Assembly (NCBI GenBank): GCA_965204735.1
Contig: OZ242008.1
Span: forward strand, 1,504,001-1,568,000
Direction: 5' to 3'
Source: Longimicrobiales bacterium
Lineage (GTDB): Bacteria; Gemmatimonadota; Gemmatimonadetes; Longimicrobiales; Gaopeijiaceae
DNA: 64,000 nt
Position 1 is the first letter of the stretch. Every line of letters starts with the position of its first letter. The notes beneath the pieces were generated by a model, which saw only the letters and a list, made by a program, of their open reading frames with translations, made no database searches and was not told the DNA's origin. Shown here one piece after another: positions 1-9,164 of the stretch. Position numbers and translations under genes: made by a program.

Positions 1-2
1 CC

Positions 3-830
3 GCATTTGCCGACCACGACAAGCCCGTGGTGCTGGCGATCGACGAGCTTCCGATCTTCGTGAACCGCATCCTCAAGGGAGACGACCACAAGACGACGCC
101 CAAGGGGATACGAAGCGCGGACGAGTACCTGAGCTGGCTCCGCAAGAACGTCCAACAACATCGAGACCGCGTTCGACTGATCGTGTCCGGCAGCATTGGC
201 CTTATGCCGATCGTCCGACAAGCCGGCCTCTCGGCTCAAGTCAACGTTTTCTCGTCGTTCGAACTGAAGCCGTGGGACGAACAGACGGCAATTGATTGCC
301 TGCACCAGCTGGCAGCCAACTACGACGTGGACCTGTCGCGCGACGTTCGGCGCGAGATGTGCCGACGGCTTCGTTGCTGCGTTCCGCATCATGTCCAGAG
401 CTTCTTCGACAAGGTGCACGACCATCTGCGTCGTTACGGCAAGAACACGGCTACGATTGACGATGTGCGGCAAGTATTCGAAGAGGAAATGATCGGCATC
501 CATGCGAATCCGGCGCTTGATCACTACCTCGAACGGTTGCGAATGGTGCTCGACCGCGAACAGTACGGCCTTGCCCGGGAGCTTCTCTCCAAAGCCGCCG
601 TGGCCGATGGAAGGTTGGAGGAGGCCACTCTGAGGGAGCGCCGCCGACGCTGGCTGTCGACTCCCAACAAGAACGAATCCGATGTCGAGCAAGTACTTCA
701 CGTCTTGGAACATGACGGGTACTTGGTTCGCGACGACAAGGGCTACCGGTTTGCGTCCGGCTGGTTGGAAGCTTGGTGGCGCATGCGCCATGCACGACAC
801 TTCACGCCTCTCCGCGACCGTACGACATGA
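3..830 (+). CDS. P-loop ATPase (AAA/STAND-like, with C-terminal winged-helix-like region), 5'-truncated by window edge
   Basis: Frame is open from position 3. Walker B-like 'VVLAIDELP', sensor-like 'LIVSGSIG', 'PHHVQ' motif and C-terminal 'LEHDGYL...YRF...LEAWW'. Stop overlaps the next ATG (ATGA at 827-830). Confidence 0.75.
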   Translation, partial: AFADHDKPVVLAIDELPIFVNRILKGDDHKTTPKGIRSADEYLSWLRKNVQQHRDRVRLIVSGSIGLMPIVRQAGLSAQVNVFSSFELKPWDEQTAIDCLHQLAANYDVDLSRDVRREMCRRLRCCVPHHVQSFFDKVHDHLRRYGKNTATIDDVRQVFEEEMIGIHANPALDHYLERLRMVLDREQYGLARELLSKAAVADGRLEEATLRERRRRWLSTPNKNESDVEQVLHVLEHDGYLVRDDKGYRFASGWLEAWWRMRHARHFTPLRDRTT

Positions 831-3022
831 CCACCGACGGCCACCCGTACAACCCCGGCTTTCTCTCGGACGAGGAGCTGACGGCATCGTTCTGCGTGCG
901 CACGAGCGAGTTCGAGTCGCTCATGGAATCGCTCCGCGAGAGCACCGGCGCGGCGAATCAGCACGTCGTGGTCATCGGTCCCCGCGGGAGCGGCAAGACC
1001 ACTCTGCTCCTGCGAGTCGCGGCAGAGCTGCGATCCAACGCGGCCCTGTCTTCTCGTCTGTTTCCCGTCGTGTTCGCCGAGGAGAGCTACGAAGTCGGCA
1101 CCTGTGGGGAGTTCTGGCTAGAGGCGCTCTCCCGCTTGGCCGACCAAGCTCCCGATCGACCGGGGCAGCCGGACCTGCACGGCAGCGTTGCGGAAATCCG
1201 CAAGGAAAGCGACGACCAGGTGCTGCAAGATCGTTGCCTGGGTGCGCTGCTGGACTTCGCGGATCGGCACGGCAGGCGGCTTGTGCTCGTCGTCGAGAAC
1301 TTGAACATGATCTTCGCCGACATGCAGGACGACGATGCGGGGTGGCGTCTGCGGAAGACGCTCCAGACCGAATCCAGGGTGTTGTTGCTGGGCAGCGCCA
1401 CCAGCAGGTTCGGAGAGATCGACAGGCCGGACAAGGCCCTGTACGACCTCTTCAAGATCGTGCAGCTGCGGCCTCTCGACCACAACGAATGCGCGGTCCT
1501 CTGGAAGCAAGTGTCGGGGAAACGCCCCGGAGTCGCCCAAAACCGCGCGCTGGAGATCCTTACCGGCGGCAGTCCGAGGTTGTTGGCGGTCGTTGCCCGC
1601 TTTGGGGCGGAACGGTCGTTTCGCGAACTGATGTCCAGTCTCTTGCACTTGGTGGACGACAATACGGCCTACTTCAAGAACCACCTCGAGTCCTTGCCGT
1701 GTCAAGAACGACGCGTCTACCTTGCCCTTGGCGCGCTCTGGAGACCGTCCACGGCGCGGGAAGTGGCTGACCGTGCCCGGATGGACGACACCAGCAAGTG
1801 CAGCGCCCAGCTCGGGCGTCTCGTCGACCGGGGGGTAGTGGCGGCCGTAGACGACGCCTCTCATCGCAAGGAGTACTACCTGACAGAACGGATGTACAAT
1901 ATTTACTACTTGCTCCGCAATAGCCGTGGGAAGGACAGGATGGTCCAAGCCTTGGTCGCGTTCATGCTTGACTTCTACTCGTTGCCGGACCTGACAGTAA
2001 TCGCCAAGACAGCGGCCGAGGACGTTGGGACGAAGGATGCGAATGGGGAGGGTGACAACTCGATCTTGCTCAAGCGGCTTCTGGAGCAACCCGCACTGCA
2101 GGAGTACGTTCAGAAGGCCGCGGCCGTTCTGGAGGAAGCACATGCTTTCCTCGATGATGCTAAACATGCGGAAACAGCGGGCGACTACGAAGGCGCTAAC
2201 GAGATGTACACAGATCTCAGGAAGTTCATAGCGGAGCATCGCGATACGTTGCCGGACACGCATGATCTCCTGGATGCCGTGGCAACCACGAGTCACGCTG
2301 TCGTTCTTTTTACCATGAATCGGCCGACAGAAGCGCTTGATCTGTTCGAACAAGTAGCTGGACGGTACGGTTGCCGCCAGGAGCAGGATATGGCTCGCGT
2401 ACTGTGCGAAGCTGGCCTTGGGCGCGCGGTGACACTGCATACCTTAGGGCAAGTAGAGGAGGCGATGAGCGAGTACGATGTGCTGCACGGCAGATTCAAG
2501 GCATCCGCAACAGTTCCGCCAATTGCCGATCTGCTGGTTCAGGCCGCCGTCGCGAAGGGCGACGCACTCGGGCAGCTTGGCCGCACCGAAGGCAGTCGAT
2601 CGGCCTACAAGCGGGCTGCCGCGCTCGCGACCGACGTAATAGAGCGGCACGGTTCGGTGGAACCCTCTTGGGTCCTTCGAGCGCTGGAGTCGCGGGCGTA
2701 CGCCCTCGGCATGACCGGAGACAGGGAAGGCGGCGAGCGCGATGTGGCCCAGGTTCTCGTACTGCTGACCGAGATGCAGCCCCCGCCGGACCATAGCATC
2801 GGTCGCCTGATCGCGCTCGGCGTAGTGCTTGGGTCCGAGCGGATGGCCGAACTCGTTCGCAGTTCGCCGGCTGTCTACATGGCCGGCGTCCTTCTTGCGG
2901 CCTTCGAGTTCGACATAGGCCTGCGGCCAAGGGTAGCGCCCGAGGTGGCGGCGGTGGCGCGGGACTTCCAGAAGGTGATGGACCTTCGCCGGCGGGATCC
3001 GGAGTTCGCCCGCTGGATCTGA
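827..3022 (+). CDS. STAND-like ATPase with winged-helix and C-terminal TPR-like helical repeats
   Basis: N-terminal 'YNPG', Walker A 'GPRGSGKT', atypical Walker B 'LVVENL', 'TGGSPR' (GxP), HTH-like 'STAREVA...SAQLGRLVDRGVV', then TPR-like helices ('LGQVEEAMSEYD', 'KGDALGQLGR'). ATG 827 is coupled to the upstream stop. Confidence 0.75.
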   Translation: MTTDGHPYNPGFLSDEELTASFCVRTSEFESLMESLRESTGAANQHVVVIGPRGSGKTTLLLRVAAELRSNAALSSRLFPVVFAEESYEVGTCGEFWLEALSRLADQAPDRPGQPDLHGSVAEIRKESDDQVLQDRCLGALLDFADRHGRRLVLVVENLNMIFADMQDDDAGWRLRKTLQTESRVLLLGSATSRFGEIDRPDKALYDLFKIVQLRPLDHNECAVLWKQVSGKRPGVAQNRALEILTGGSPRLLAVVARFGAERSFRELMSSLLHLVDDNTAYFKNHLESLPCQERRVYLALGALWRPSTAREVADRARMDDTSKCSAQLGRLVDRGVVAAVDDASHRKEYYLTERMYNIYYLLRNSRGKDRMVQALVAFMLDFYSLPDLTVIAKTAAEDVGTKDANGEGDNSILLKRLLEQPALQEYVQKAAAVLEEAHAFLDDAKHAETAGDYEGANEMYTDLRKFIAEHRDTLPDTHDLLDAVATTSHAVVLFTMNRPTEALDLFEQVAGRYGCRQEQDMARVLCEAGLGRAVTLHTLGQVEEAMSEYDVLHGRFKASATVPPIADLLVQAAVAKGDALGQLGRTEGSRSAYKRAAALATDVIERHGSVEPSWVLRALESRAYALGMTGDREGGERDVAQVLVLLTEMQPPPDHSIGRLIALGVVLGSERMAELVRSSPAVYMAGVLLAAFEFDIGLRPRVAPEVAAVARDFQKVMDLRRRDPEFARWI

Positions 3023-3147
3023 CGAAGGTTGGGACGCCTGCCGGGAGCCGGGCGTGGACGGGCGCTCCGGGCTGCTTGCCCGGGACGCTATACTGTCTGT
3101 CCGCTTGAACAGGCCTTCCATCTTCAGAGACGTTCAGGAGCGCACCC

Positions 3148-5304
3148 GTGGCCGTAGCAATCACGCGAGGAACCAACGACGCGCCCGTCGCCAGCGAACT
3201 GCTGACCGAGGTCATGACTGGACTCCCCGGTCTCTCGGGGAAGCTCTTCCTCGGGTACCCCGTCGTCGCCACACTCGACGGCCCTCTTGCGATCGATGCT
3301 CTGTGGGCGTCAAGGGAGGCGGGCTTCGTGCTCTTCGACCTCGTCGAGGGGACCGAATGGGCGGGGCACGACCGCCGCCAGGATAACCTCGGCAATGTCG
3401 TGGAGGCGAAGCTGCGGTACCGCAGCGAACTGGTCGCCCGTTCCGGTCAGGGCAGGGTCCTTCGGGTTCCCGTGCACACGGTAACGTTCGCGCCGGCCGT
3501 TTCCCCACTGCCTCCTGACGCCGCTGGCGATTTCCCGCTTGCGAACCGCGAGACCCTCCCGCAGCTCCTGCGCGGACTTCGATGGACCGCCGACGGCGGG
3601 GACCACGAGTTTCGGGTCGCCCTCTCCGATCTCGAGAACGTCTCGACGATCCGGCGGTCCGGTCGCGACGAGCGCTCCGAACGACCGGACTCGCGGGGCG
3701 CCAAGCTGCGGAAGCTGGAGGGATCGGTAGCGACGCTGGACGCTCACCAGACCAAGGCGATGGTCGAGACGACGGACGGCGTTCAGCGAATCCGCGGCCT
3801 TGCCGGCTCGGGAAAGTCGATTGTCCTTGCCCTCAAGGCGGCGTATCTCCACGCCCGGCACCCCGATTGGCGAATCTGCGTCACCTTTCAGACGCGCGCC
3901 CTGAAGCCGTTCTTCCGCCAGCTGATCCAGGACGCCTACGTGTCCCAGACGAAGGCGACGCCGGACTGGCGAAGCCTGCGCATCGTCAACGCATGGGGCG
4001 CACCCGGCGACGAGGAGCGAGACGGCGTGTACCACCAGTTCTGCACGGCGCACGGTGTCCGCTACCATGACTTCATGACCGCAAAGACGACGTTCGGCAC
4101 CGCTGACGCATTTGCCGGCGTCTGCGAGCTCGCGCTCGAAGAAGCGAAGTCCACGCACGACCTCTACGACGTAGTTCTTGTCGACGAGGCCCAGGATCTT
4201 CCTCCCGCGTTCCTCCGCATCTGCTACGAACTCTTGACGAAGGAAAGAAGGCTTGTCTACGCCTACGACGAACTTCAGAACCTGGGTCGCGATTCGATGC
4301 CGGCCCTGGAAGAGATATTCGGCCCAGACGTGCGACGTCCGACCGACTCGGCTTCGCACGACGTCGTGCTGAAGAAGTGCTACCGCAACTCGCGGCCCGT
4401 TCTCGTCACTGCGCACGCTCTCGGCTTCGGAGTTCACCGGAAGCCGGACAGCAGGACCCGCACAGGCATCGTGCAGATATTCGACGATACGCAGATGTGG
4501 CACGACACCGGCTACCGTGCCAACGACGGCGAAATCCGCGACGGGAAGCCGGTCGAGCTCGCCAGGACGAGCGAAACAAGTCCGCAGTTTCTCGAAAACC
4601 ACTCGCCTCTCAACGATCTCGTGCAGTTCAGATCCTTCGACAGCGACGACGAACAGTCGGAGTGGGTGGCGGAGCAGGTGGAGCGGAACATTCGGAACGA
4701 CGAACTGCGGCCGGACGACATCGTGGTGATCAACCCCGATCCGTTCTCGACTTCTGCCGCGGTCGGGCCGATCCGCGCGCTGTTGCACGACAGGGACATT
4801 GAACACCATCTGGCCGGCGTCGACACTGGTGTGGACATCTTTCGGCAGCCGGATTCCGTGACCTTCACCGGCATCTACCGAGCAAAGGGCAACGAGTTCG
4901 GCATGGTGTACGTGATCAACGCCCACGAATGCTGTTCCGCCCGGTACGGCTTGGCCCAGCTAAGAAATCGCCTCTTCACAGCGATCACGCGAAGCAAGGC
5001 GTGGATCCGGGTGTGCGGCGTCGGCGACGACATGAAGCGGCTGACGGAAGAGTACGCCAAGTTGCGCGACGACGACTACGAACTGCGCTTCGTCTATCCA
5101 ACCGCGCAACAGCGCAAGGGAATGCGCGTCGTGCATCGCGATCGGTCGAGCGCAGACGTCAAGCGCGCCCAGAGGCACACGAGCAACCTGTTGCAGCTTG
5201 CAGAAGACCTGAAATCGGGCAAGGTCTACACGGAGGACTTGCCGGAGGAGGTACAGAAGCTGCTCGCGGTGAGGGAGGGGAAGCGTGGTGATGACCAGCG
5301 CTGA
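3148..5304 (+). CDS. Superfamily-1 (UvrD-like) DNA/RNA helicase of the helicase + DUF2290 antiphage-type module
   Basis: Walker A 'GLAGSGKS', motif II 'VLVDEAQD', 'YDELQ', 'CYRN', 'RAKGNEF', motif VI 'LFTAITRSK'. Overlaps the DUF2290-like gene downstream. Confidence 0.85.
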   Translation: MAVAITRGTNDAPVASELLTEVMTGLPGLSGKLFLGYPVVATLDGPLAIDALWASREAGFVLFDLVEGTEWAGHDRRQDNLGNVVEAKLRYRSELVARSGQGRVLRVPVHTVTFAPAVSPLPPDAAGDFPLANRETLPQLLRGLRWTADGGDHEFRVALSDLENVSTIRRSGRDERSERPDSRGAKLRKLEGSVATLDAHQTKAMVETTDGVQRIRGLAGSGKSIVLALKAAYLHARHPDWRICVTFQTRALKPFFRQLIQDAYVSQTKATPDWRSLRIVNAWGAPGDEERDGVYHQFCTAHGVRYHDFMTAKTTFGTADAFAGVCELALEEAKSTHDLYDVVLVDEAQDLPPAFLRICYELLTKERRLVYAYDELQNLGRDSMPALEEIFGPDVRRPTDSASHDVVLKKCYRNSRPVLVTAHALGFGVHRKPDSRTRTGIVQIFDDTQMWHDTGYRANDGEIRDGKPVELARTSETSPQFLENHSPLNDLVQFRSFDSDDEQSEWVAEQVERNIRNDELRPDDIVVINPDPFSTSAAVGPIRALLHDRDIEHHLAGVDTGVDIFRQPDSVTFTGIYRAKGNEFGMVYVINAHECCSARYGLAQLRNRLFTAITRSKAWIRVCGVGDDMKRLTEEYAKLRDDDYELRFVYPTAQQRKGMRVVHRDRSSADVKRAQRHTSNLLQLAEDLKSGKVYTEDLPEEVQKLLAVREGKRGDDQR

Positions 5305-5960
5305 AGGCACGGTCAGCCGAGTCAACGGACTTCTTCGCCACCTTGGCAAGGTGGGGATCGCGCGTCATTACCAGCGGGCCGTCCTCCACCCGGACGGACG
5401 GGCTGCACATGTGTCGTTTCCGGGTGCCGATCATGTGTCCGTGGCAATGAAGAACCAGGACTATCGGCGAATCTACCGGCACTTTATGGACGAGCGGGCG
5501 TACTCCGCCGTGATGCTGGACAACGCGATTGTGCAGATCATGTACCGGTTCGAGGGTCGTAAGCTGATGGCGCACCGATTGGCGTTCTTTCCGGCTCCCA
5601 AGTTGGAGGAGTTTCAGAACGTGCCCGAGTGGTACTTGCGCGACGAGGTGTGCGTCGATGTAGTGGCGAGGACCACGACACCGACGCTGGTGCGATTCGA
5701 CTACGACGCCAGCGAGGCACGCCACCGGCCGGTGATCCACCCGAGGTCTCACTCATCTCACGCTCGGGCGCTACGAGGGCTGTAGAATTCCCGTGTCGGC
5801 GCCGCTGACGCCCCACCGCTTCATGGACTTCGTGTTGCGGAACTTCTACGACACGACGGAGAGGCGCTACTCCAACGACCTACCGCGAAACACAGTACGC
5901 CTGCCCGATACGATCGATCCGAGGGAGCGAGGCGTCCTGCACGTGGCGGTGCCGGCGTAG
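5291..5960 (+). pseudogene. DUF2290-like protein, frameshifted by a 4-bp duplication (CTCA at 5748-5755)
   Basis: First frame has 'IVQIMYRF...HRLAFFP...VRFDYD...HPRSH'. Removing one CTCA continues the frame as 'HLTLGRYEGCRIPVSAPLTPHRFMDFVLRNFY...' to TAG at 5958-5960, which matches my recollection of the DUF2290 C-terminal motif. Confidence 0.75.
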
Positions 5961-5973
5961 GCGGCGCGACGGA

Positions 5974-7224
5974 ATGATCACGCTCGTCCAAGCACGCAAC
6001 TACCGCAACATTCGAGACGTTCGAGTGCCGCTCCGGGAGTTTCAGTTGCTGGTGGGCAAGAACGCCTCGGGGAAGAGCACGTTCATGGACGTCATCGCGT
6101 TCATGAGCGATTTTCTGTCGGTCGGCCTGGCGAGGGCCGTGGAGAAGCGCTCGCCGGAACCACGAGCCTTGATTCACGGGCGGCAGGGGAGTCGCTTTGA
6201 GTTGGTCGTCGAGGCTGCGGCGCCCGCCCAGGTGGGCGAGAGGCCCGGGCTCGACCCGGTCCGATATCGCTTGGCCGTGGAGGTTGCAGATCGACCCAGC
6301 GAGTGCAGGGTTCAGGACGAATCGCTCGTTCTCACGACCTCCCAAGGCTGTCTGTCACAGTCGGAAAGCGGTCCGCCGGCGTTCGAGACGGGAGCGGGCG
6401 GGACTGCGGCGGTGGCCGACGGCGCCGGTACCGTTCGACCGATAGCAGAAAACACGGGAGAAGCCACGGCCAGCCTTACGCCGGAGCCGGTTTCCGGGGG
6501 CGTCGGTGCCGCACACGCCGCCACAGTGGAGCCTGGCACGTCTGTGCTGGCGATACTGCCGGAGGACGCAGAGCAGTTCCCAGCCGCAACGTGGTTCAAG
6601 CACTACCTGTTGCGCGAGATTCACAGGATCGCTTTCGATGTGGGCGTTCTGGCGCGGCCCAATCCACCGACGGAAGCCAAGGGTTTTCTCCCGGACGGGT
6701 CGAACGTGGCAAGTATTGTGGCCCAGTTCCGAGAGGATTCGCCCGACAGGTTTCATCGATGGGTTGACCAGCTTCGGTTGGACGCCCCCGATCTGGTGGA
6801 CGTATCAGCCGTCGTCCGTGCCGAGGACGGTCACTCCTACCTGGTCTTCGAGCATCAGGGAGGCGTCAAGGTCCCCGCGTGGCTTGTCTCCAGCGGCCTG
6901 CTACATCTGGCGGCTTACACCTTGCCTACCTACCTCGCGTATCCTTCTGGAACGTACTTGTACGAGCATCCCGAGCGCGACGTCTACGCCGGCACCATGC
7001 ATTCGATATACAGTGCTCTGACTTGCCTCTGGGATTCGCAGGCACTGGTGGCCACGCAATCGATCACCCTCATGGCTTTCTTCAAGCCGAAGGATCTGCT
7101 TTGCTTTGCGCGTGACGACCACGGCATGATCGACGTCGTAAGAGGTTCCGACCACCGGTACTTGAGGAACTGGAGCGGAGAAATCGACGTCGGGACCATC
7201 GTCGCATCGGGAATCCTCGGGTGA
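5974..7224 (+). CDS. ABC-type (AAA_21-like) ATPase resembling MADS Mad3, with degenerate signature and Walker B
   Basis: 'NYRNIRDV...LVGKNASGKST' N-terminus; 'LPDGSN'; signature position 'VSSGLL'; Walker B position 'YLYEHPE'; H-loop position 'LVATQS'; C-terminus 'WSGEIDVGTIVASGILG'. Confidence 0.7.
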   Translation: MITLVQARNYRNIRDVRVPLREFQLLVGKNASGKSTFMDVIAFMSDFLSVGLARAVEKRSPEPRALIHGRQGSRFELVVEAAAPAQVGERPGLDPVRYRLAVEVADRPSECRVQDESLVLTTSQGCLSQSESGPPAFETGAGGTAAVADGAGTVRPIAENTGEATASLTPEPVSGGVGAAHAATVEPGTSVLAILPEDAEQFPAATWFKHYLLREIHRIAFDVGVLARPNPPTEAKGFLPDGSNVASIVAQFREDSPDRFHRWVDQLRLDAPDLVDVSAVVRAEDGHSYLVFEHQGGVKVPAWLVSSGLLHLAAYTLPTYLAYPSGTYLYEHPERDVYAGTMHSIYSALTCLWDSQALVATQSITLMAFFKPKDLLCFARDDHGMIDVVRGSDHRYLRNWSGEIDVGTIVASGILG

Positions 7225-7322
7225 ACCGACGGGATATGATCGTGCTGGTGGCGGACAGGGTCATGCTCGGCGTGCTGGCGCAGTTGCTCCGACGGCCCGA
7301 GTCGCTGGCCTACACGAAGTAG
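7221..7322 (+). pseudogene. N-terminal remnant of a Mad4-like partner gene
   Basis: GTG overlaps the ATPase stop (GTGA). Reads 'MNRRDMIVLVADRVMLGVLAQLLRRPESLA', then runs into the 3' end of the convergent permease gene. Confidence 0.55.
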
Positions 7323-8656
7323 CGGGCTACGAACAGCACGAAGAGCACCCACAGGGTCGGGCTGATCTGGCTTGTGCGGCCGCTGATCAGTCGGAGCAGC
7401 ACGCACGCGACGATGCCCGCGGAGATGCCTTCGGCGATGCTGAACGTCAGCGGCATGAGGGCCACGGCCAAGAACGCCGGGATCGCCTCCACGGGGTCCC
7501 TGAAGTCGATCCGCGACACCGGACCCATCATGAAGACGCCGACCAGGATCAGCGCTGGGGCAGTGGCCGCCGAGGGCACCATCTGCACCAGCGGACCGAA
7601 GAAGATCGCCAGCAGGAACAGCACGCCGACGGTGACGGCCGTCCAGCCCGTCCTTCCGCCCTCCGCCACGCCAGCGGCGCTCTCCACGTAGGTCGTGGTC
7701 GTGCTCGTGCCCATGACGGAGCCCGCCATCGTGGCCACCGAGTCGGCCAGCAGCGCGCGCTTGGCCCTGGGCAGCCTGCCGTCCTTGTCCAGCATGTCGG
7801 CCTTGCTGGCCACCCCGACCAGGGTGCCCGCCGTGTCGAAGAGGTCCACGAAGGTGAAGGTGAAGACGGCCCCCACCAAGCCGAAGGCGACCAACTCGGC
7901 GAAGTCCATCTGCAGGAAGGTTTCGCCCAGCCCGCTGGGCATTCCCACGAGCGACCAGTCGGAGGGGGCGACCACGCCCAGCGGGATGCCGACCACGGTG
8001 GCCGCCAGGATGCCCCACAGCAGGGCGCCGGGGACTTTGCGCGCCACCATGCCCGCCGTGAGCACCAGCCCGAACAGCGCCAGCCCGACGGTGACGAAGG
8101 AGACTCCGAACGGAAGCGCCTCCTGCAACGCCGGGTCCTCGAAGTAGTTGGTGGCGATCCGACCAAGCGTGCCCGTGCCTTGGTTGAAGACCACCAGGCC
8201 AGCGTTCTTGAAGCCGATCAGCGCGATGAACAGGCCCACGCCGCCGCTGACCGCGCGCTTCAGGTTGGCCGGAATGCCGTTGATGACCGCCTCTCTGGCG
8301 CGGGTCAGCGTCAGAATCACGAACACCGCCCCCGACACGAAGACGGCCGCCAGCGCCCCCTGCCAAGACAGCCCGGAGCCCAGGACCAGCGTGTACGCGA
8401 AGAAGGCGTTCAAGCCCATCCCCGGCGCCAGCGCGAAGGGGTAGTTGGCCAGCACGCCCATGAGGATCGACCCCAAGGCCGCGGCCAAGCAGGTGGCCAC
8501 CATGACTCCGTCCGCCGGCATCCCCGTGGCACCCAGGATCTGCGGGTTCACCACGACGATGTAGGCCATGGTGGCGAAGGTGGTCACGCCCGCTCGCATC
8601 TCGCGCTTGAGTAGGGAGGCGTCGGCGGGCGGCAAAGCGGTTCCGGGGATCGTCAT
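7310..8656 (-). CDS. NCS2 family (AzgA/PbuG-like) purine permease
   Basis: 'REMRAGVTTFATMAYIVVVNP', 'NYPFALAPGMGLNAFF', 'DLFDTAGTL', 'GTSTTTTYVESAAGVAEGGRTG', 'MPLTFSIAEG'; many hydrophobic helices. Confidence 0.95.
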   Translation of the reverse strand: MTIPGTALPPADASLLKREMRAGVTTFATMAYIVVVNPQILGATGMPADGVMVATCLAAALGSILMGVLANYPFALAPGMGLNAFFAYTLVLGSGLSWQGALAAVFVSGAVFVILTLTRAREAVINGIPANLKRAVSGGVGLFIALIGFKNAGLVVFNQGTGTLGRIATNYFEDPALQEALPFGVSFVTVGLALFGLVLTAGMVARKVPGALLWGILAATVVGIPLGVVAPSDWSLVGMPSGLGETFLQMDFAELVAFGLVGAVFTFTFVDLFDTAGTLVGVASKADMLDKDGRLPRAKRALLADSVATMAGSVMGTSTTTTYVESAAGVAEGGRTGWTAVTVGVLFLLAIFFGPLVQMVPSAATAPALILVGVFMMGPVSRIDFRDPVEAIPAFLAVALMPLTFSIAEGISAGIVACVLLRLISGRTSQISPTLWVLFVLFVARYFV

Positions 8657-8849
8657 GGTGTGCAGGCTTGGGTGTCGCGGGGACGAACGGCCATCGCGTT
8701 CGTCACTATGCAACGCGCGCCCCTCGGCCGCCAGTGGCGCACCACCGGGCTGGGCGAGCGTTGGGAGTCAGCCCAGCGGTGCAGCCCTGGTCGCCTTTGT
8801 CCAGTGCTCGGGAAGCGACGGCTTGGCGTCGCCGCCGTCCACTACTCCA

Positions 8850-9164
8850 CTAACGGCCCTCCGCGTCCCCGTCGCCGGCCACGGCCAGGAAGTCCTCGGC
8901 AGTGTCGCACTCCACGACCGCGTCCCCGACCCGCACCAGCTGCTCGGCGCTCATGGAACGCACCCGCGCCTCCAGCCGTCGCGCCGTCCGGGCCCCGAAC
9001 CGCCGCGAAGCCAGACGCAGCAAGATCGCTCGGCCTTCCGCGCGACCCCGTTCGAGTCCCCGTTCGAGCCCCTGTTCACGGCCCCGCTCGAGTCCCTGCT
9101 GGAGCCCCTGCTCCAGGCCCCGCTGCCGGTGGCCCTCCGCCCACTCCGCATAGGTCTGGCCCAT
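8850..9164 (-). CDS. Putative nested in-frame small protein (Rpn C-terminal, RpnS-like antitoxin, about 104 aa)
   Basis: AGGAGG on the minus strand (9178-9173) lies 8 nt before an in-frame ATG at 9164 ('MGQTYAEWAE...'). Confidence 0.55.
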   Translation of the reverse strand: MGQTYAEWAEGHRQRGLEQGLQQGLERGREQGLERGLERGRAEGRAILLRLASRRFGARTARRLEARVRSMSAEQLVRVGDAVVECDTAEDFLAVAGDGDAEGR

